A stretch of 40,414 nt of DNA, from assembly GCA_032250835.1 (NCBI GenBank), contig JAVVEA010000025.1:1-40414 (forward strand). The letters run 5' to 3'. Positions 18,478 through 27,632 of the stretch are shown here, piece by piece. A program made the position numbers and the translations under genes. The stretch is from a bacterium (GTDB taxonomy: Bacteria > SAR324 > XYD2-FULL-50-16). The notes beneath the pieces are model-generated. The model had not been told where the DNA came from. It did not search any database and saw only the letters and a list, made by a program, of their open reading frames with translations. Every line of letters begins with the position of its first letter. Positions within the stretch are counted from its first letter, which is position 1.

Positions 18478-19421
18478 TGGATTTTATGCATCTTGATGAA
18501 TTTATTGAGTCCCACTGTGCAAGGCCGCAGGCGGTCGACTTTGAGGGGGAAGCGGCCCGTTGGTGCCCCGGTTGCGGAGATTTCGCCATTTTGTCGGCCT
18601 TGGAACGCTTGTTGGCGAAAGAAGCGGTGGACCCTTCGGAAGTGGTGTGTCTTTCGGGCATAGGCTGTTCTGGCCGGTTCCCCTATTACCTGAAAACCTT
18701 CGGTTTCCACGGCATCCACGGCCGGGCCATACCGATCAGCACGGGTGTGGCGCTGGCCAACGAAAAACTTAAGGTGATCACCGTGATGGGGGATGGGGAT
18801 TGCTTCAGCATCGGATTGAACCATTGGCTGCATGGGTTGCGCTACAATGTCGATTTGCTGGCGCTGGTCTTCGATAACCAGATCTACGGCCTCACCAAAC
18901 AACAGGCTTCCCCGACCACGCCGCAGGGCACCTGGACGACCACCACGCCCGGCGGCGCATGGCTGCCCGCTATCGACCCACTAGCCCTAGCGCTCAATAT
19001 GTCCAACCGCAGTTTTGTGGCCCAAACCGCCACTTGGTTGCCAGGGCATTTGCAGCAGACCCTGGAATCAGGTTGGGCACACCGGGGCCTGAGCTTCATC
19101 CGCATCTTGCAGCGTTGCCCAAAATTTTCGCCCCAAGCCTATGGCGAGGCCCAGGAGCTAAGGGAACGCTTTGTTTTCCTGCAACCGGCAGAGGGGTCCC
19201 AGGCGAGTGCAGAAGAGTCCTTGGCCGATCGGCTGGAACATGACCCGTCGGACTTAAAGGCCGCCCGGCGGTTGTTGCAAGAAGAGCCCCGAATGCCCCT
19301 CGGGCTGTTGTACCGCAATCCGGCGGTGCCCAGCTATCAAGCCCTGCGCCTGCGAGCCCGGCCCAGCCGGGCAGAGAAGTTATTGGCCTTGGAAAACCTG
19401 TTGGACCGATTCTCCCTATAG
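18477..19421 (+). CDS. korB: 2-oxoacid:ferredoxin oxidoreductase beta subunit (TPP-binding, KorB-like)
   Basis: WCPGCGD, SGIGCSGR, HGIHGRA, GDGD...DNQIYGLTK.QASPT. TAATG overlap with the alpha gene. Confidence 0.85.
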   Translation: MDFMHLDEFIESHCARPQAVDFEGEAARWCPGCGDFAILSALERLLAKEAVDPSEVVCLSGIGCSGRFPYYLKTFGFHGIHGRAIPISTGVALANEKLKVITVMGDGDCFSIGLNHWLHGLRYNVDLLALVFDNQIYGLTKQQASPTTPQGTWTTTTPGGAWLPAIDPLALALNMSNRSFVAQTATWLPGHLQQTLESGWAHRGLSFIRILQRCPKFSPQAYGEAQELRERFVFLQPAEGSQASAEESLADRLEHDPSDLKAARRLLQEEPRMPLGLLYRNPAVPSYQALRLRARPSRAEKLLALENLLDRFSL

Positions 19422-19428
19422 AGCCGCC

Positions 19429-21057
19429 ATGATCGACCGGATCTTACAACCTGCGGTGGACCGCTTTGAGGCGGCCCGGAAAAATCGCCTGAACGAATGG
19501 ATCGAACGGGCCCGTCAGGTCTTTGCCCAATACCTAGGGGGCGCAACGCCGAGCGGCTACGGAGCCTTTGGGGCGGCGACCCTAGATCTGGACCGTTGGA
19601 CCCGGACCCTAAAGGGCCCCGGCGAGCCTTGGAACCTGAGCGAGGAATTGGCCCAGTTGGAGCAACAAATCCCCAGGCTGCCTGGCTCCCGCTGGGTTGA
19701 CATAAATTCAGAGGTTTCGTGGGTCCACCAGTTCAATGAGCAACTGGCTCCCTATGAAGATTTGGTGGGGCTGTTGCGGCAGGCCGAAGCGTTAAGCTAC
19801 GGTCGATGGGTTAGGCCCGAACGCCCCAGCTGGCAAGACTTCAGCCCTGCTGAATGGAGCCTTTGCCCCTTGGTATTGGTCGAAGGGAGCCAAGCCAGCG
19901 CGGGGTTGTTGCTCGACCTGTTGGCCTCAGGCTTGCCGCTCAAAATTTTGGTCCAGCGCTCCTTGCAGGCCTGTTTCCAGGCAAGGTCCGGGCGCGGCGC
20001 GGCCTTGCAGCCCGAGATCGACCTCGGTTGGATGGCCGCGGGTTTGCGCAGCGCCTACAGCCTCTGCGTCCCGGCGGGTTGGGCCGGGGAGCGGTTGGAA
20101 GCGGGCTTGGCCTCGGCGCGGGCGGCGCTCTTTTGCCTGATAGAAGTTCCTGAAGAATTTGAACAGCTTGCCGTGGACTCTAGAACCATACTCCCCCTTT
20201 GTTACGACCCGGACCGGGCCGAAAAGGGCGCAGGCCCGTTGGAGCTCATCGGTGTCTCCCTAAACTGCCCAGGGTGGTTGCCGGTCACCGAAGAGGGCTT
20301 AGACGACGAGGGAGAGGCTTGCACCCGCGAAGGGGCCTTAACCCCAGCGGATCTGTACGCTCGGTTGTCGGGCGCAGCGGCCCAATTCGACGGACCGCCC
20401 GCAGACCAGCCTGGGATTTCCCTGGCGGACTATCTAGCCGCCGATCACGAAAGGAGGCTGCACCACCTACCGACCCTAGCCATCCGCCGCGCCAACCTGC
20501 GTTGGACCCAGGAGGTGGTCCCCCCTTGGTTGGTTGGCTTCTGCCAAAGGCGGTTGGATTTGTGGCAACAGGCGTTACGCCAATTGGGTCCCCTAGAAGC
20601 TCCGTCTCAGGCAAAACCGCCGGTAGCCGCCCCTTCCGAAGTCCATCCTTCACCGGCAGAGGCGGTGCGCTCGGCGATGGCGCGGCTTGCCGCCAAGTTG
20701 ATGGGATTAGAGCCCAGCGGCCTTGAGGCGCTTTCTGGGGGCCTAGCGAACCCGACCACCGCCGTAGAACCGCCCAAGGAGCAACCACCTAAACCCCTGA
20801 CCTCATCCAGCGGGCTCCCTTGGATCGACTCGGCTAAATGTACCAGTTGCGACGAATGCACCCGGATCAATGCCAAGATATTTGCCTACAACGACCAGAA
20901 ACAAGCCTTTATCAAAGACCCCAAAGCGGGTCCCTTCCGGGATTTGGTCAAGGCGGCGGAAAAGTGTTCGGCTTCGATCATCCATCCCGGAAGCCCGCTA
21001 AACCCCCAAGAAAAGGACCTAGCTAAATGGGTCGCACGAGCGGCCAAGTACCCATAG
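19429..21057 (+). CDS. Degenerate PFOR C-terminal (beta-like) paralogue fused to a C-terminal ferredoxin
   Basis: Shows collinear similarity to the C-terminal third of the 8085-12560 protein but has no GDG TPP motif. A Pro/Ala-rich linker precedes CTSCDEC...KAAEKC. Confidence 0.75.
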   Translation: MIDRILQPAVDRFEAARKNRLNEWIERARQVFAQYLGGATPSGYGAFGAATLDLDRWTRTLKGPGEPWNLSEELAQLEQQIPRLPGSRWVDINSEVSWVHQFNEQLAPYEDLVGLLRQAEALSYGRWVRPERPSWQDFSPAEWSLCPLVLVEGSQASAGLLLDLLASGLPLKILVQRSLQACFQARSGRGAALQPEIDLGWMAAGLRSAYSLCVPAGWAGERLEAGLASARAALFCLIEVPEEFEQLAVDSRTILPLCYDPDRAEKGAGPLELIGVSLNCPGWLPVTEEGLDDEGEACTREGALTPADLYARLSGAAAQFDGPPADQPGISLADYLAADHERRLHHLPTLAIRRANLRWTQEVVPPWLVGFCQRRLDLWQQALRQLGPLEAPSQAKPPVAAPSEVHPSPAEAVRSAMARLAAKLMGLEPSGLEALSGGLANPTTAVEPPKEQPPKPLTSSSGLPWIDSAKCTSCDECTRINAKIFAYNDQKQAFIKDPKAGPFRDLVKAAEKCSASIIHPGSPLNPQEKDLAKWVARAAKYP

Positions 21058-21104
21058 GACCAAACCGGGGCTTGATTGGATTTCATTGGTTTTTTTTCTA
21101 ACTA

Positions 21105-21133
21105 TGTACACTTGAGGTCTGGGGCATTACAAT
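21105..21133 (+). promoter_or_regulatory. Candidate sigma70 promoter for the hydrogenase operon
   Basis: TGTACA-N17-TACAAT in the only sizeable AT-rich intergenic gap of the cluster. Confidence 0.35.
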
Positions 21134-21180
21134 AGGGTAAAACTATTCAAGGCCCTTTGATTGTTTTTGAGAGGTAGCCG

Positions 21181-22305
21181 TTGGACGCTTATTTGTTGGA
21201 TACTGATATGCTGGCCCAGTTGGTCGAGCGCCTCCGTTTGGAAGGGGAGGTGATCGGCCCGCAAATCGACCGAGGGGTGATCGCCTATGGTCCGCTCAAG
21301 TCCTTTGAGGACTTACCCCAGGGGTGGAGTGAGTTGCAGGGGCCGGGGCTGTACCGGCTCCAAAGAACCGGTCGGCCTTCGCGATTTGCCTACCGCGTGG
21401 CCCCTACCTCTTGGAAGCCTTTTTTATATCCGCCCAAGGAGCTATTGTTTAGGGCCCGCAAGGAAGGAGATTCCTTCACCGTCCAACCTGCCGAAACCTC
21501 CTTGGAAGCAAGGGTCTTGTTTGGTCTGCGTCCCTGTGAACTACGGGCCCTGCGGGTGCAAGAACGGGTCTTGTCCAAGGCGAATTACCCACCTTACCAG
21601 CAGCGTTTGCAGGCCAGTTGGATTGTCGCGGTGGCCTGTGTCGAACCGGGCGAAAACTGCTTTTGCGCGGACCTTGACAGCGGCCCCGAGGTGCGCGACG
21701 ACTGCGACCTTAAGCTAGTGGAATGGGGAGACGAACCCCGCTATCTGGCCCAAGCGGGGAGCGAGCGGGGCCGGGCGCTTCTGCGCGGATTGGCCCTACC
21801 CACCGCTAGCGCAGAAGACCAGAAGGAGGCCCAGGCAGCACTCGCAAGGGCCCGCCGCCAGATGGGCCGTAGTTTGGACCGCCGCCAAACCCCGGACCTC
21901 TTGACCCGGAAACACGCCCACCCGGCCTTTGATGCCCTGGCGGAACGCTGCACCGCCTGTGGGAATTGTACTCTGGTTTGTCCGACCTGCTTTTGCTCCA
22001 ACCTAGAGGACCATACCTCGCTCGATGGGCGGGAGGCCTCCCGCTACCGGGTTTGGGATTCCTGTTTTACCCTTGATTTTAGTTACATCCATGGTGGCCA
22101 TGCGCGGAGCAAGCCTTCTGAGCGCTACCGACAATGGATGACCCACAAGCTTTCCAGTTGGCAGTCACAATTTGACGAGGCCGGTTGCGTCGGTTGTGGG
22201 CGCTGCATCACTTGGTGCCCCGAGGGGATTGATCTAACCGAGGAGTTTAGGGCGCTGACCGAACGAGCCAAAGAGTCGACAATCCAATACCGCGAGTTGA
22301 CCTGA
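21181..22305 (+). CDS. Group 3b (sulfhydrogenase-type) hydrogenase Fe-S beta subunit (AsrA/HydB-like)
   Basis: LFGLRPCE, C....NCFC, CTACGNCTLVCPTCFC, WDSCF, GCVGCGRCITWCP. TTG start with GAGGT RBS at 21171-21175. Confidence 0.9.
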   Translation: MDAYLLDTDMLAQLVERLRLEGEVIGPQIDRGVIAYGPLKSFEDLPQGWSELQGPGLYRLQRTGRPSRFAYRVAPTSWKPFLYPPKELLFRARKEGDSFTVQPAETSLEARVLFGLRPCELRALRVQERVLSKANYPPYQQRLQASWIVAVACVEPGENCFCADLDSGPEVRDDCDLKLVEWGDEPRYLAQAGSERGRALLRGLALPTASAEDQKEAQAALARARRQMGRSLDRRQTPDLLTRKHAHPAFDALAERCTACGNCTLVCPTCFCSNLEDHTSLDGREASRYRVWDSCFTLDFSYIHGGHARSKPSERYRQWMTHKLSSWQSQFDEAGCVGCGRCITWCPEGIDLTEEFRALTERAKESTIQYRELT

Positions 22306-22763
22306 TGGGAACGAAACAAGAAATGTTGGGGCACCCCTTCATGGTTGGGTTGGCCCCGGAGCATCAAGCGGCCATGGTTGAATGCGCGCGCGAGGCGTTC
22401 ATCCAGAAAGGTACCTGGCTGTTACGCAACGGCGACTTGGCGGACCAATTTTTTTTAGTTCAAGAAGGGGTCCTTTCCATTGAGTTGTACGTCCCCAATC
22501 GGGCGGAACACTCCATCCAAACGGTGCATCCAGGGGAATTGCTCGGTTGGGATTGGATGGTGCCGCCTTACCGGTGGACCTTCGACGTGAGGGCGCAGGA
22601 AGACTGCCGCGCCTTCGCGGTAGACGCCCGCTGCATCCGAGGCAAGGGGCAGGTAGACCACGAATTTGGCTACCAACTACAAAACCGCATCAGCCAAGTG
22701 ATGGCCCGAAGGGTCAAGGCCCTAAGATTCCAACTGCTAGACGTGTATAGCCATGAACCCTGA
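22305..22763 (+). CDS. Stand-alone cyclic-nucleotide-binding (Crp-type) domain protein without an HTH
   Basis: LLRNGDLADQFFLVQEG...PGELLGW...FDVRA beta-barrel pattern in 152 aa. Overlaps both neighbouring genes. Confidence 0.8.
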   Translation: MGTKQEMLGHPFMVGLAPEHQAAMVECAREAFIQKGTWLLRNGDLADQFFLVQEGVLSIELYVPNRAEHSIQTVHPGELLGWDWMVPPYRWTFDVRAQEDCRAFAVDARCIRGKGQVDHEFGYQLQNRISQVMARRVKALRFQLLDVYSHEP

Positions 22764-23571
22764 ATCGGTCTTGACCCCCACTTTATGGAAGCTGCTTGAG
22801 GTACAGGAGGAAACAGGAGACTGTTTTAGCCTCCGGTTAGAGCCACCGGAGGGTTACCGGTTTGAGCCGGGACAGTTTAATATGCTCTACGCCTTCGGCA
22901 AGGGGGAGGCCCCCATCTCGATCAGCAGCGACCCTGACCGATCAGACCAACTGGTCCATAGCATCCGTGCCGTTGGCGTGGTGACCCAAGAACTGCAGCG
23001 GCTGCGGGCCGGTGAACAGGTCGGGGTGCGCGGCCCCTTCGGGCAACCTTGGCCCTTGGAAGAGGCCGAGGGTAAAGAGGTCTTGATCATCGCCGGGGGC
23101 ATCGGCCTGGCTCCGTTGCGCCCTCTGATCTACCGGATTTTGGCGCAGCGCCAACGATTCAAGCAGGTCTATTTGCTGTATGGGGCCCGCACCCCGAAGG
23201 ATTTGCTCTACCCGGATCAGTTGGAACTTTGGCAAGAAGGGATCGAGGTCCGCACTACCGTAGACCGTTCTATGGCCGGTTGGACCGGGCAGGTGGGCGT
23301 GGTGCCCAGGTTGATCACCGCCGAGGGATTCGACCCGGCCAACACCCTGGCCTTTGTCTGTGGTCCTGAAGTGATGATGAATTTTTGCGTGGAGGAACTG
23401 CAAAACCGAGGCGTCGCTGGGTCCAGTATTTTTGTCTCCTTGGAACGCAACATGAAATGCGCCCAAGGCTATTGTGGCCATTGCCAAATGGGGCCCTATT
23501 TTATTTGCCGGGACGGACCGGTCTTCCGCTACGAACGCATCCAACCCTTTCTCAACATACGAGGTGGATGA
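22753..23571 (+). CDS. Group 3b hydrogenase FAD/NAD(P)-binding gamma subunit (AsrB/HydG-like)
   Basis: PGQFNML, GEAPISISS, RGPFG, IAGGIGLAPLR, CGPEVMM, ERNMKCAQGYCGHC...ICRDGPVF. Confidence 0.92.
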   Translation: MNPESVLTPTLWKLLEVQEETGDCFSLRLEPPEGYRFEPGQFNMLYAFGKGEAPISISSDPDRSDQLVHSIRAVGVVTQELQRLRAGEQVGVRGPFGQPWPLEEAEGKEVLIIAGGIGLAPLRPLIYRILAQRQRFKQVYLLYGARTPKDLLYPDQLELWQEGIEVRTTVDRSMAGWTGQVGVVPRLITAEGFDPANTLAFVCGPEVMMNFCVEELQNRGVAGSSIFVSLERNMKCAQGYCGHCQMGPYFICRDGPVFRYERIQPFLNIRGG

Positions 23572-24344
23572 TGGCGATCAAACTAAAGCTGGCGGTGTGG
23601 AAGCTTTCGTCCTGCGATGGCTGCCAATTAAGCCTATTGGATTTGGAGGACCATTTGTTGGACTTGGCCGAGGCGGTGGACATTGCTTGGTTCCCCGAAG
23701 CCTCCAGCGCAATGTTGCCCGGCCCTTACGATGTCTCCCTAGTCGAAGGCTCGATCACCAGCCATAGCCAGTTGCGCGAAATAAAAAAAATCCGGCAAGA
23801 GTCCAAGCTTTTGGTCACCATCGGAGCCTGCGCCACTGCGGGCGGAATCCAGGCCCTGCGGAACTTTGGCGACCTGTCCCAGTGGCAGGCGAAGGTCTAT
23901 GCCCACCCCGAATACCTAGATTCGCTGGACCGTTCCACCCCGGTAAGTAACCATGTGCCGGTGGATTACGAATTGCGCGGTTGCCCGGTGGATAAGTACC
24001 AACTGTTGGAATTGCTGAACGCCACGCTCTTTGGTCGGAGGCCCAACATCTATGACCGTTCGGTCTGTTTTGAATGTAAGCTTAAGGGGAATCCCTGCTT
24101 GATGGTGTTGCGGGATACTTGGTGTTTGGGGCCCGTGACTCATGGAGGGTGCGACGCACTCTGCCCCACCTACGATCGAGGCTGTTTTGGCTGTTTTGGT
24201 CCCAAAGAGCAGGCCAACGTCAAGTCCATGAGCCGGGTCATAGAAACCAAGGGGGCATCCCGCGAAGAACTCAAACGCCTTTACCGTAAATTCACCGCAG
24301 GCGACCCCACCTTGGCCCGAGAGAGTGAACGCTATGAAGACTAG
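23571..24344 (+). CDS. Group 3b [NiFe] hydrogenase small (delta) subunit
   Basis: SSCDGCQ, VEGSIT, IGACATAGGIQ, RGCP, VCFECK, CLGPVT.GGC.ALCP...RGCFGCFG. No Tat leader. Start is 23568 or 23571 after GAGGT. Confidence 0.92.
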   Translation: MAIKLKLAVWKLSSCDGCQLSLLDLEDHLLDLAEAVDIAWFPEASSAMLPGPYDVSLVEGSITSHSQLREIKKIRQESKLLVTIGACATAGGIQALRNFGDLSQWQAKVYAHPEYLDSLDRSTPVSNHVPVDYELRGCPVDKYQLLELLNATLFGRRPNIYDRSVCFECKLKGNPCLMVLRDTWCLGPVTHGGCDALCPTYDRGCFGCFGPKEQANVKSMSRVIETKGASREELKRLYRKFTAGDPTLARESERYED

Positions 24345-25611
24345 GCAGATTAAAGTCGACCTGCTGGCGCGGGTCGAGGGCGAAGGGAGGTTGGAGGTTT
24401 CGCTCAAAGACAACCGGATCACCGACTTGTCTTTGCACATCTTCGAAGAACCCCGCTACTTTGAGGCGCTCTTAGAAGGGCGCGAGTACCATGAGGTGCC
24501 CGACATGACCTCACGGATTTGCGGGATCTGCCCGGTTGCTTACCAGATGAGCTCAATCCATGCGTTAGAGCGGATCTTTGGGCTCGACCCCGGCCCGGAG
24601 GTCCGCGCGCTGAGGCGGTTGATCTACTGTGGGGAATGGATCGAAAGTCATGGATTACACATCTACCTCCTGCACGCCCCCGATTTCTTGGGTTACCCCA
24701 GCGGCATCCACCTTAGCCAGGCGGCCCCGGAAGTCGTCAAGGCGGGCTTGCAATTAAAGAAAATCGGCAACCAAATCGTCCAGGTGGTGGGTGGAAGAGA
24801 AATCCACATGATCAACCTAAAGGTAGGTGGATTTTATCGAGCGCCCAGCCGCGCGGAGATCAAGGCCCTGCAAGCCCCGCTGGAACAAGCCGTCACCTTG
24901 GCAAGGGAATGTTTGGCCTGGGTAGGGACCTTCGACATCCCCCCGCTGGAACGGGACTACCACTTTGTGGCCTTGCGGCACCCGTCGGAGTATCCGATGA
25001 ACGAAGGTACCTTGACCTCTTCTAAGGGGTTGTCCTGGGAGCCGGCGGCCTTTGAGGATCACTTCGTTGAATCCCATGTCGCCCGCTCCAACGCCCTACA
25101 CAGTAGCTACCATGGCGAGAGTTATCTGGTGGGTCCCTTGGCTCGGTACGCCCTGAACTATGACCGGCTTGGTGCTGAGATCCAAGACCTTGCCCGCCAA
25201 GTGGGCCTGAGGGAGGTCTGCCGCAACCCCTTCGAAAGCATCAAGATTCGGGCGGTGGAATTGCTCTTCGCCTGCGTAGAGGCGCTGCGGTTGGTTCAGG
25301 GCTATGAGCCGCCCCCACCGGTGGAGGTAAAAGTCAAGCCAGGTGCCGCCGCCGCGATCACCGAAGCGCCCCGGGGCCTGCTGTACCACCGGTACCAAGT
25401 CTCCGAGGCGGGTTTGGTGGAAAAAGCCAATATCGTGCCCCCAACCAGCCAAAACCTACGCAGCATCGAAGAGGACCTAAAGGCGCTGATCGAATCTAAC
25501 TTGGAATTGGACGACGAGCCTTTGCGCCTTTTATGTGAGCAGGCGATCCGCAATTACGACCCTTGCATTTCCTGCGCTACCCACTTCTTGGACTTAAAGG
25601 TACAGCGGTGA
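24334..25611 (+). CDS. Group 3b [NiFe] hydrogenase large (alpha) subunit
   Basis: ARVEGEG, L1 motif SRICGICPVAY, EAPRG, L2 motif RNYDPCISCATH followed by a short cleavable tail. Confidence 0.95.
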   Translation: MKTRQIKVDLLARVEGEGRLEVSLKDNRITDLSLHIFEEPRYFEALLEGREYHEVPDMTSRICGICPVAYQMSSIHALERIFGLDPGPEVRALRRLIYCGEWIESHGLHIYLLHAPDFLGYPSGIHLSQAAPEVVKAGLQLKKIGNQIVQVVGGREIHMINLKVGGFYRAPSRAEIKALQAPLEQAVTLARECLAWVGTFDIPPLERDYHFVALRHPSEYPMNEGTLTSSKGLSWEPAAFEDHFVESHVARSNALHSSYHGESYLVGPLARYALNYDRLGAEIQDLARQVGLREVCRNPFESIKIRAVELLFACVEALRLVQGYEPPPPVEVKVKPGAAAAITEAPRGLLYHRYQVSEAGLVEKANIVPPTSQNLRSIEEDLKALIESNLELDDEPLRLLCEQAIRNYDPCISCATHFLDLKVQR

Positions 25612-26057
25612 TGATTTTGGGGATCGGGAACCAACTCCGGGGCGACGATGGCTTGGGGCCTCAAGCGGCCCTACTGATCCAACAAGCCAAGCCCCAATGG
25701 CCCGTCAGGCAACTGAGCGACTTGTCCGGCGTCCTGGACTATTTGGAGGAATCGGCCGATCTTTGTTTGTTAGACTGCCTGCAAGGAGCCGGGCCGGTTG
25801 GTAGCCTGCATTCATTTGATTTATTAAAGCAAACATTGCCGCCCATTCGGGTCGGTTGGTCTAGCCATGGCTTTAACCTCCCGGCCCTGCTGGGACTATC
25901 CCGCCACCTGGGCCAACAGCCCCGGCGTTTGCTGCTCTTTGGGCTAGAAGGCGCTTGTTTTGCTATAGGCCAGGGCCTCTCCAGCCCGGTAGCCGCCAAC
26001 CTGGAAACCCTCTGCCGCCGGGTGATCACCGAGGTTCAGGATTTTAAACCGCTGTAG
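25611..26057 (+). CDS. Hydrogenase maturation protease (HycI/HybD family)
   Basis: ILGIGNQLRGDDGLG, LLDC, SSHG. Start is GTG 25608 or ATG 25611, overlapping the large-subunit stop. Confidence 0.9.
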   Translation: MILGIGNQLRGDDGLGPQAALLIQQAKPQWPVRQLSDLSGVLDYLEESADLCLLDCLQGAGPVGSLHSFDLLKQTLPPIRVGWSSHGFNLPALLGLSRHLGQQPRRLLLFGLEGACFAIGQGLSSPVAANLETLCRRVITEVQDFKPL

Positions 26058-26095
26058 TCTGGGCTGACGCGTTGGATTGAGCTTTGGTCCGCAAC
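25919..26095. repeat. Direct repeat copy 1 (177 bp)
   Basis: Matches 28220-28396 with 2 mismatches (25965/28266 and 25997/28298). Confidence 0.95.
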
Positions 26096-26544
26096 TTATC
26101 TAAAGGAATATCCGGTTTTTAGTCCTAACGGAATTCCTTTAAGGCTTATGGCGCATCGGAATCATGTCTTTTTTCAAACAAAACCGCCTTCAGTGGTCTG
26201 GGTGGTGGGGGCCAATTCAGTCCTCGACGCACGCAGCTTTGCAGATCCAGTTCCAATCGGTCTTCAACGAGTCGCCCTGACTGAAGATTACCTGACGGTG
26301 ACTGCACTGGCCAGAGTCTAAATCACACCTACCGCAACTGGAGTAACCCTTGGACCGGAGCATGGGGTCACGTCATGCTCTGCGCAGCCTTCACTTTATT
26401 TGGTGCTGCTCCAAGGGGCAGAAGAGTAAAGCCTGAGGGCTGGCCTGTTCCGTCTGCTGGGCTTGATTGCTTTGGACTCTTGGTTCAAAATGTTTTAAGA
26501 CGAGCCATTGTTTGGCCGGGTAGCACCAACCCATCAGGGGAATC

Positions 26545-27033
26545 ATGCAGCAAATCGATTTTGGTCAGTTCCGTTTCAGAAGATTCCGACAGAATCAGGA
26601 TGAAGAGGATCTTTTTGCTGCGCTGGGGCAACCTGAGGTGGTCCGGCATATGGCCTCCACCGGCATCACCCAGCAAGATTGCGTGGACATCATTGCTGGC
26701 GCAGAACTGCACTGGCAAACCTACAACATCGGATCTTGGGCGGTGATCCATCAGGGGAGGTTGGCTGGTTGGGCCGGGTTTAAATACTGGCAGGAAAACG
26801 AATTTGAGATCTTGATTGTATTGGGGACGGAACACTGGGGGCTGGGCAGGCCAATTTTTAGAGAGCTAGTCAAGCTGGCTAAGACCCAATTTCACCTGAA
26901 TCAGATTTTTGTGATTTTGCCGGAAACCCGCAGAAGCTTTCAATTTATCGTCAAAAAAGCGGGGTTCACCGCCTTAGGGGCAGAGGAGTTCCACCAACAG
27001 GCATTTCAAAAATTTAAACTGACCCTCAGTTAA
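26545..27033 (+). CDS. GNAT family N-acetyltransferase (RimJ/RimL-like)
   Basis: PEVVRHM, WAVIHQGRLAGWAGF, EFEILIVLGTEHWGLG pattern. GGGG upstream of the ATG. Confidence 0.75.
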   Translation: MQQIDFGQFRFRRFRQNQDEEDLFAALGQPEVVRHMASTGITQQDCVDIIAGAELHWQTYNIGSWAVIHQGRLAGWAGFKYWQENEFEILIVLGTEHWGLGRPIFRELVKLAKTQFHLNQIFVILPETRRSFQFIVKKAGFTALGAEEFHQQAFQKFKLTLS

Positions 27034-27050
27034 TCAACAGCCCACTTCAG

Positions 27051-27067
27051 CCTTCAGAGACTGAAGG
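27051..27067. terminator. Hairpin between the convergent GNAT gene and TA operon
   Basis: CCTTCAG-AGA-CTGAAGG. No strong U-tract. Confidence 0.3.
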
Positions 27068-27177
27068 GAGTTTGGTTGAGGCTGTAGTTTCGGTCTAGAC
27101 TATTTCGGGTCCTGTGTCGCTGCCGAAAAAAGCCGCCGGGCTCCAATTCGTATACTGGGTTGGACGTGATCATTTGT

Positions 27178-27384
27178 TTATGGGAACTCTTCCACTAGAG
27201 GAAGAACTTCTTCGGTAAAGTCCAAGGTTTCGCTGCGTTCAGAGGCCTCAAAAATGTCCTCTAGGCGGTCCTGGTCGGTCTCGACCTGCTGCCCAGCCAG
27301 AACCTGTGGGTCGGCCTCTAGCGAGTCTTGCGGATTAGGTCTCTTGCTCGTAGGAATTTCCTCCTTAGGTTTCGGTCGGGCCAA
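27178..27384 (-). CDS. Small hypothetical protein with a basic N-terminus and acidic tail
   Basis: 68 aa ORF starting (TTG) 8 nt after the toxin stop on the same strand. No family recognised. Confidence 0.35.
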   Translation of the reverse strand: MARPKPKEEIPTSKRPNPQDSLEADPQVLAGQQVETDQDRLEDIFEASERSETLDFTEEVLPLVEEFP

Positions 27385-27392
27385 GTGGTCGG

Positions 27393-27632
27393 TTACCGTT
27401 TCCTCCGGAAGGAGAGTCGTGCGAATTTAACACCTCCTTCGGAAATGTAATAATAGACGATCCAGAAACGTTTCTTGGGGTCTTCGTAAAGCCAGTATTC
27501 CTTGCCAATGACGGGGCTTCCCAGGCTGGGATTGGACTCAATCAAATCTATTGCCTGTTTGACTACGCCTATCATCTCCCGGTTTTCTGGGGTCAACCAA
27601 AGGCTTAGGAATTTCTTTAAAAAACTAGCCAC
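27393..27632 (-). CDS. RelE/ParE-superfamily toxin candidate
   Basis: AIDLIESNPSLG..., RFWIVYY, basic C-terminus. GTG at 27632 with GAGGT upstream, overlapping the antitoxin stop. Confidence 0.6.
   Translation of the reverse strand: MASFLKKFLSLWLTPENREMIGVVKQAIDLIESNPSLGSPVIGKEYWLYEDPKKRFWIVYYYISEGGVKFARLSFRRKR

Noticed and set aside
21072-21085. FNR box upstream of the hydrogenase operon
   Set aside because: TTGAT-N4-TTTCA matches the second half-site (ATCAA) poorly.
24334-25611. [NiFeSe] hydrogenase or selenocysteine recoding
   Set aside because: The L2 motif is DPCISC with ordinary Cys codons and there is no in-frame TGA.
26217-26363. 48 aa Cys-rich minus-strand ORF (MLRSKGYSSCGRCDLDSGQC...)
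   Set aside because: No RBS and no recognisable family; the length is within chance expectation.
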